Shown in pieces: positions 60,916 through 64,000 of a DNA stretch of 64,000 nucleotides. Source of the stretch: the human T2T-CHM13v2.0 reference genome, Homo sapiens. Location: the NCBI RefSeq assembly GCF_009914755.1, contig NC_060938.1, one strand, 5' to 3'. The notes under the pieces are model-generated. The model made no database searches. It was not told the DNA's origin and saw nothing but the letters and a program-made list of their open reading frames with translations. Position 1 is the stretch's first letter. Each line of letters begins with the position of its first letter. The position numbers were made by a program, and so were the translations under genes.

Positions 60916-63699
60916 TTATGCTCACAGGGACAATCCATTGCCAAGAAACTATTGAAAAACATTCAAAGCTACAGATAGAGAGTCGATACTAAATGCAATT
61001 TGAAACCCTCAGCTTGAAAACAAAGACAGCCAGCTGGTTGGGAAAAAAATTCAGAAAGATTTGAGAAGGAAAACTAAGAAGATTGGTTTAAAATACTTCA
61101 AGCAGTATTTGATTGTGTTCATGGTAACACTTTTTGTTGTTTTATTGTTTGTTTGTTTCTGGTAGTTTTGTTTTGTTTTAATTTTTGTGAGAAAACTATA
61201 TATATATATACATATATATATGTATCTCATGGGGGAATATGGTCAGAAAATTTATGAAGTTAGATCTTTTAAGAATGCACATTAAAGTTGAAACATCCTA
61301 AAGCGACTCATGCAGAGCAAAAACAAATGAAATCCTTGTATAAGTTATATTCTATGTAGAATTATCCAAATCAATGGTGACAGGGTTGGTAAGATTTGCA
61401 TCTTATTGTCTTCATATCTTACCATGGAACACACTTCAGGGGAGAATCTACAGAAACCTAACAGGAAAAGAAATGTCTGAAGTCTAGAGCAAAGGGGAAA
61501 TAAAGGAAAGCAAGCATTATTACCTAGCCTTTCACATAGTAGAGAAAGAAAAAAGAACACGTTAAAGCGCACATTAAAGCTTTGAAACCCAAATTTCCCT
61601 TTTTTAAGTGATTGAAAGCATACAGAATAAAACACTACAGACATATGCCATTGATACAGAGAAAGAAGTGTTGCGCAGAAGTGATTTAACTACTACATGA
61701 AATATCATCAGTTATGTACTGATTACCTGAAAATTTTATCATATGAAGAAAAGATCGTAAGAAATACATATTTAAAAAATAAATATTTCTACTCACTTGA
61801 ACCCTGAAGATATTGTTTTAGAAAAAAACACATTGAGTATGAATTCCAACTGAGACAAAAGATGGACAAAATGTGAGACTCTCCTCAGGGAGTAAAATTA
61901 ATAGGTCTAAAACTCTCTAGATCAGATGTAATAGCACAGCCGTTGTTTCAAATGGCTAAAAATGCTTTATGAAATGTTAAGATAAAAAATCCTCAAAACT
62001 CTTAAGTCCAGTACTCCAATTCTAGCAATCCCATTGCTACTGAAAATTTTTAACTCCTCTATTTCTAGATAAAAAGTATTAATTGACTCAAGCTCTGGCA
62101 AAATCTGTAGCTCTGTTGATTCTTAGCTATCCATCTCTAAATGGCCCATAAAATATCACCTTCTATTTTCTCTTTTCCTGGATTTTAATAGTGAAGAAAT
62201 CTTGGCATTCATAGTGAGGGCAAATTAGAGCTATGATATTTGTGAAGTTAGAAACTCATAGGCAAATGAGGGTTTTCATGATTATTCCTCCTCATTTTCT
62301 TCATTTCACCCTCCCAATTTATTCCCATTTCCTCTCCCTCCCCCATTTCTTTCCTCTAGATAACTTGACTTTGTCTATAGTTTTTGACTGGCCAGAGTAA
62401 TGTGGCTATAAATATTTTGGCATAATTTTGATGGTATTATAACTTGATTGGCTTCTCTTATTTTCAGAATTTCATATGTGAGTATGACTAGTGCATTGAT
62501 ATTCTCTTGTGTCTTCTTTACTAGCTCTTTGGAAAATAAGGTCCCAGGAGAGAGTTGAGGTTGGGTTGATGTAACTTTGCAAGTACAAACTGCACTTGTT
62601 CAAAAGGAAGACAGCCCAAGCTACCACTGCTGATAGACATTTATCTCTACCCAGGCAACTGAATGAAATATGTATGTCAGCAAATAAGAAGAAAATTATG
62701 ACACTGGAAAGGGTAAAACTTCATACTTTATTTTTTGGATGCAATAAAGGATTTTTTTTTACTTCAGTTTATCCATTTGAGCCAATAATGTGCAGAGGTG
62801 AATAGTTTTTCTGTTTGAAGAATTCTTACATTGCAGCAGTATATTATAATTTATGACAACATTTACTTGTTGCCTAATCTTAGCTCAGCTATATTGAACA
62901 AAGGGCTAAGCGTAATTGAAGGTGGGAAACAAAATAGGCAGTGAAATTTTAGTTGATAATAAAGTATGCTTTGGGGTTAATTTATTAATATTTCATTGTG
63001 GCACCATTTCAGCGATTTCTGGAGAACAAAGTGGCATACTCACCCTGGATCCTAGGAAAATATATAAAGAAGCAGTAGCTATTATTGAGGAATTATCTTG
63101 ATAAAGTAGGACTAAGGTATGCATGGCCTGGGCTTGGATCTGTTCCCCACTGAGGGAGGAAACCAAATATCAATTGTCTCTAGATTTAACTATTAGGTTT
63201 GCTGGGATAACAGGACAATAATCAGGAGAGTAGTGGAAAACATGCTTCCAAAGAAAGTAAGAAATTTCTACTGCACTTCAGCAGAGGGAATCATTTTGGA
63301 TCATTATTTATGATTCCTTCTTGTTCCTCCTTGTCAAAGGAGAAGAGACTAATGCTGGTGGAATGTCCATCTTGCATAAAAGTTGAAGAGGTCTCTGTAA
63401 AAATTGAAGAGGTCTTACACAAGACCTAGCTTTTTGGTGCGCGCTCTCTCTCTCTCTCAGAGAGGCTTACCTACTGCAGTGTGTGCTCTCCTCATTGGTC
63501 CCTCTTTCATGTGTTAAGAAGTTTCAGGCAGAGATTCCCCATTCTATGGAGAAGGCCTGTAATTTCTCAGTTCCTCAGACTATAACTGAGTGGGTAGATG
63601 AGGTAGATTGTATTACTTTTTCATTCACTACCCCTTCATTGCAAAAGCAAGTATCTATGATCAAAGATGCTGTAGTAGACTATATCATTTTGAAACTCG

Positions 63700-64000
63700 T
63701 TACTGCTCCCATCAACCAGATGTATTATACATTCCTACATATTTGTGTCAGTCTCGGCCATGTGACTTGCTATGTCCAAAAAATATGAATGATAATGATA
63801 ATGCCACTTCTAATACTTCTAAACAGAAGCTTCAAGAGCTATCACATGATGATTATATCTTTTTTTCTCTCTCACTAAAATGAGTCTGATAATGATTCCT
63901 ACTCCTCATCCTAGATGCTGGAATAAAGAAGACAGGGACCAGAGCCACAGGCTACCCACAGCCAAGCCATAGTTGTCATGTAATATCAGCAATCTTTTAT
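63700..64000 (+). mobile_element. MLT1I/J-type LTR (runs off window)
   Basis: ggccatgtgacttgctatgtccaa...cagaagcttcaagagc...agagccacagg. Confidence 0.65.

Noticed and set aside
62280-62485. Pyrimidine tract, AG acceptors and a GTGAGT donor suggesting a plus-strand exon
   Set aside because: The 118-nt version has stops in all three frames and the 10-nt version is frame-breaking. There is no further support.

Overview
This is AT-rich, CpG-poor, non-coding DNA from a great ape or human. L1PA2-type and AluY elements point to that lineage, and the window is probably intergenic or deep intronic. I find no credible host protein-coding exon, CpG island, tRNA/rRNA gene or CRISPR array. Roughly half the window is interspersed repeat: young L1PA2 and L1PA4/5, old L1MA/MB/MC/ME, L2, MIR, about ten Alus, MaLR/ERVL solo LTRs (THE1, MST, MLT1, MLT2, LTR18) and DNA-transposon relics. 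All long ORFs in the track are L1 ORF2 remnants or their antisense/Alu read-throughs. The most notable structure is a pair of divergently oriented L1PA2 copies about 30 kb apart (1769-3333 minus; 33048-35185 plus). Over a 728-bp tract they are nearly identical (3 mismatches) and share five non-consensus variants, including an ORF2 frameshift. Over the remaining ~820 bp they differ at about 28 sites. This is the signature of ectopic gene conversion or templated repair, and it makes the 30-kb spacer a candidate inversion substrate. Other rearrangement footprints are a probable ~1.5-kb inversion flanked by a 68-bp inverted duplication, two twin-primed L1s (one only ~200 bp), a 3'-truncated polyadenylated U6 retrocopy and a template-switch triple repeat. 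Subfamily names come from recalled consensus motifs rather than an alignment run, and boundaries of old repeats are approximate.
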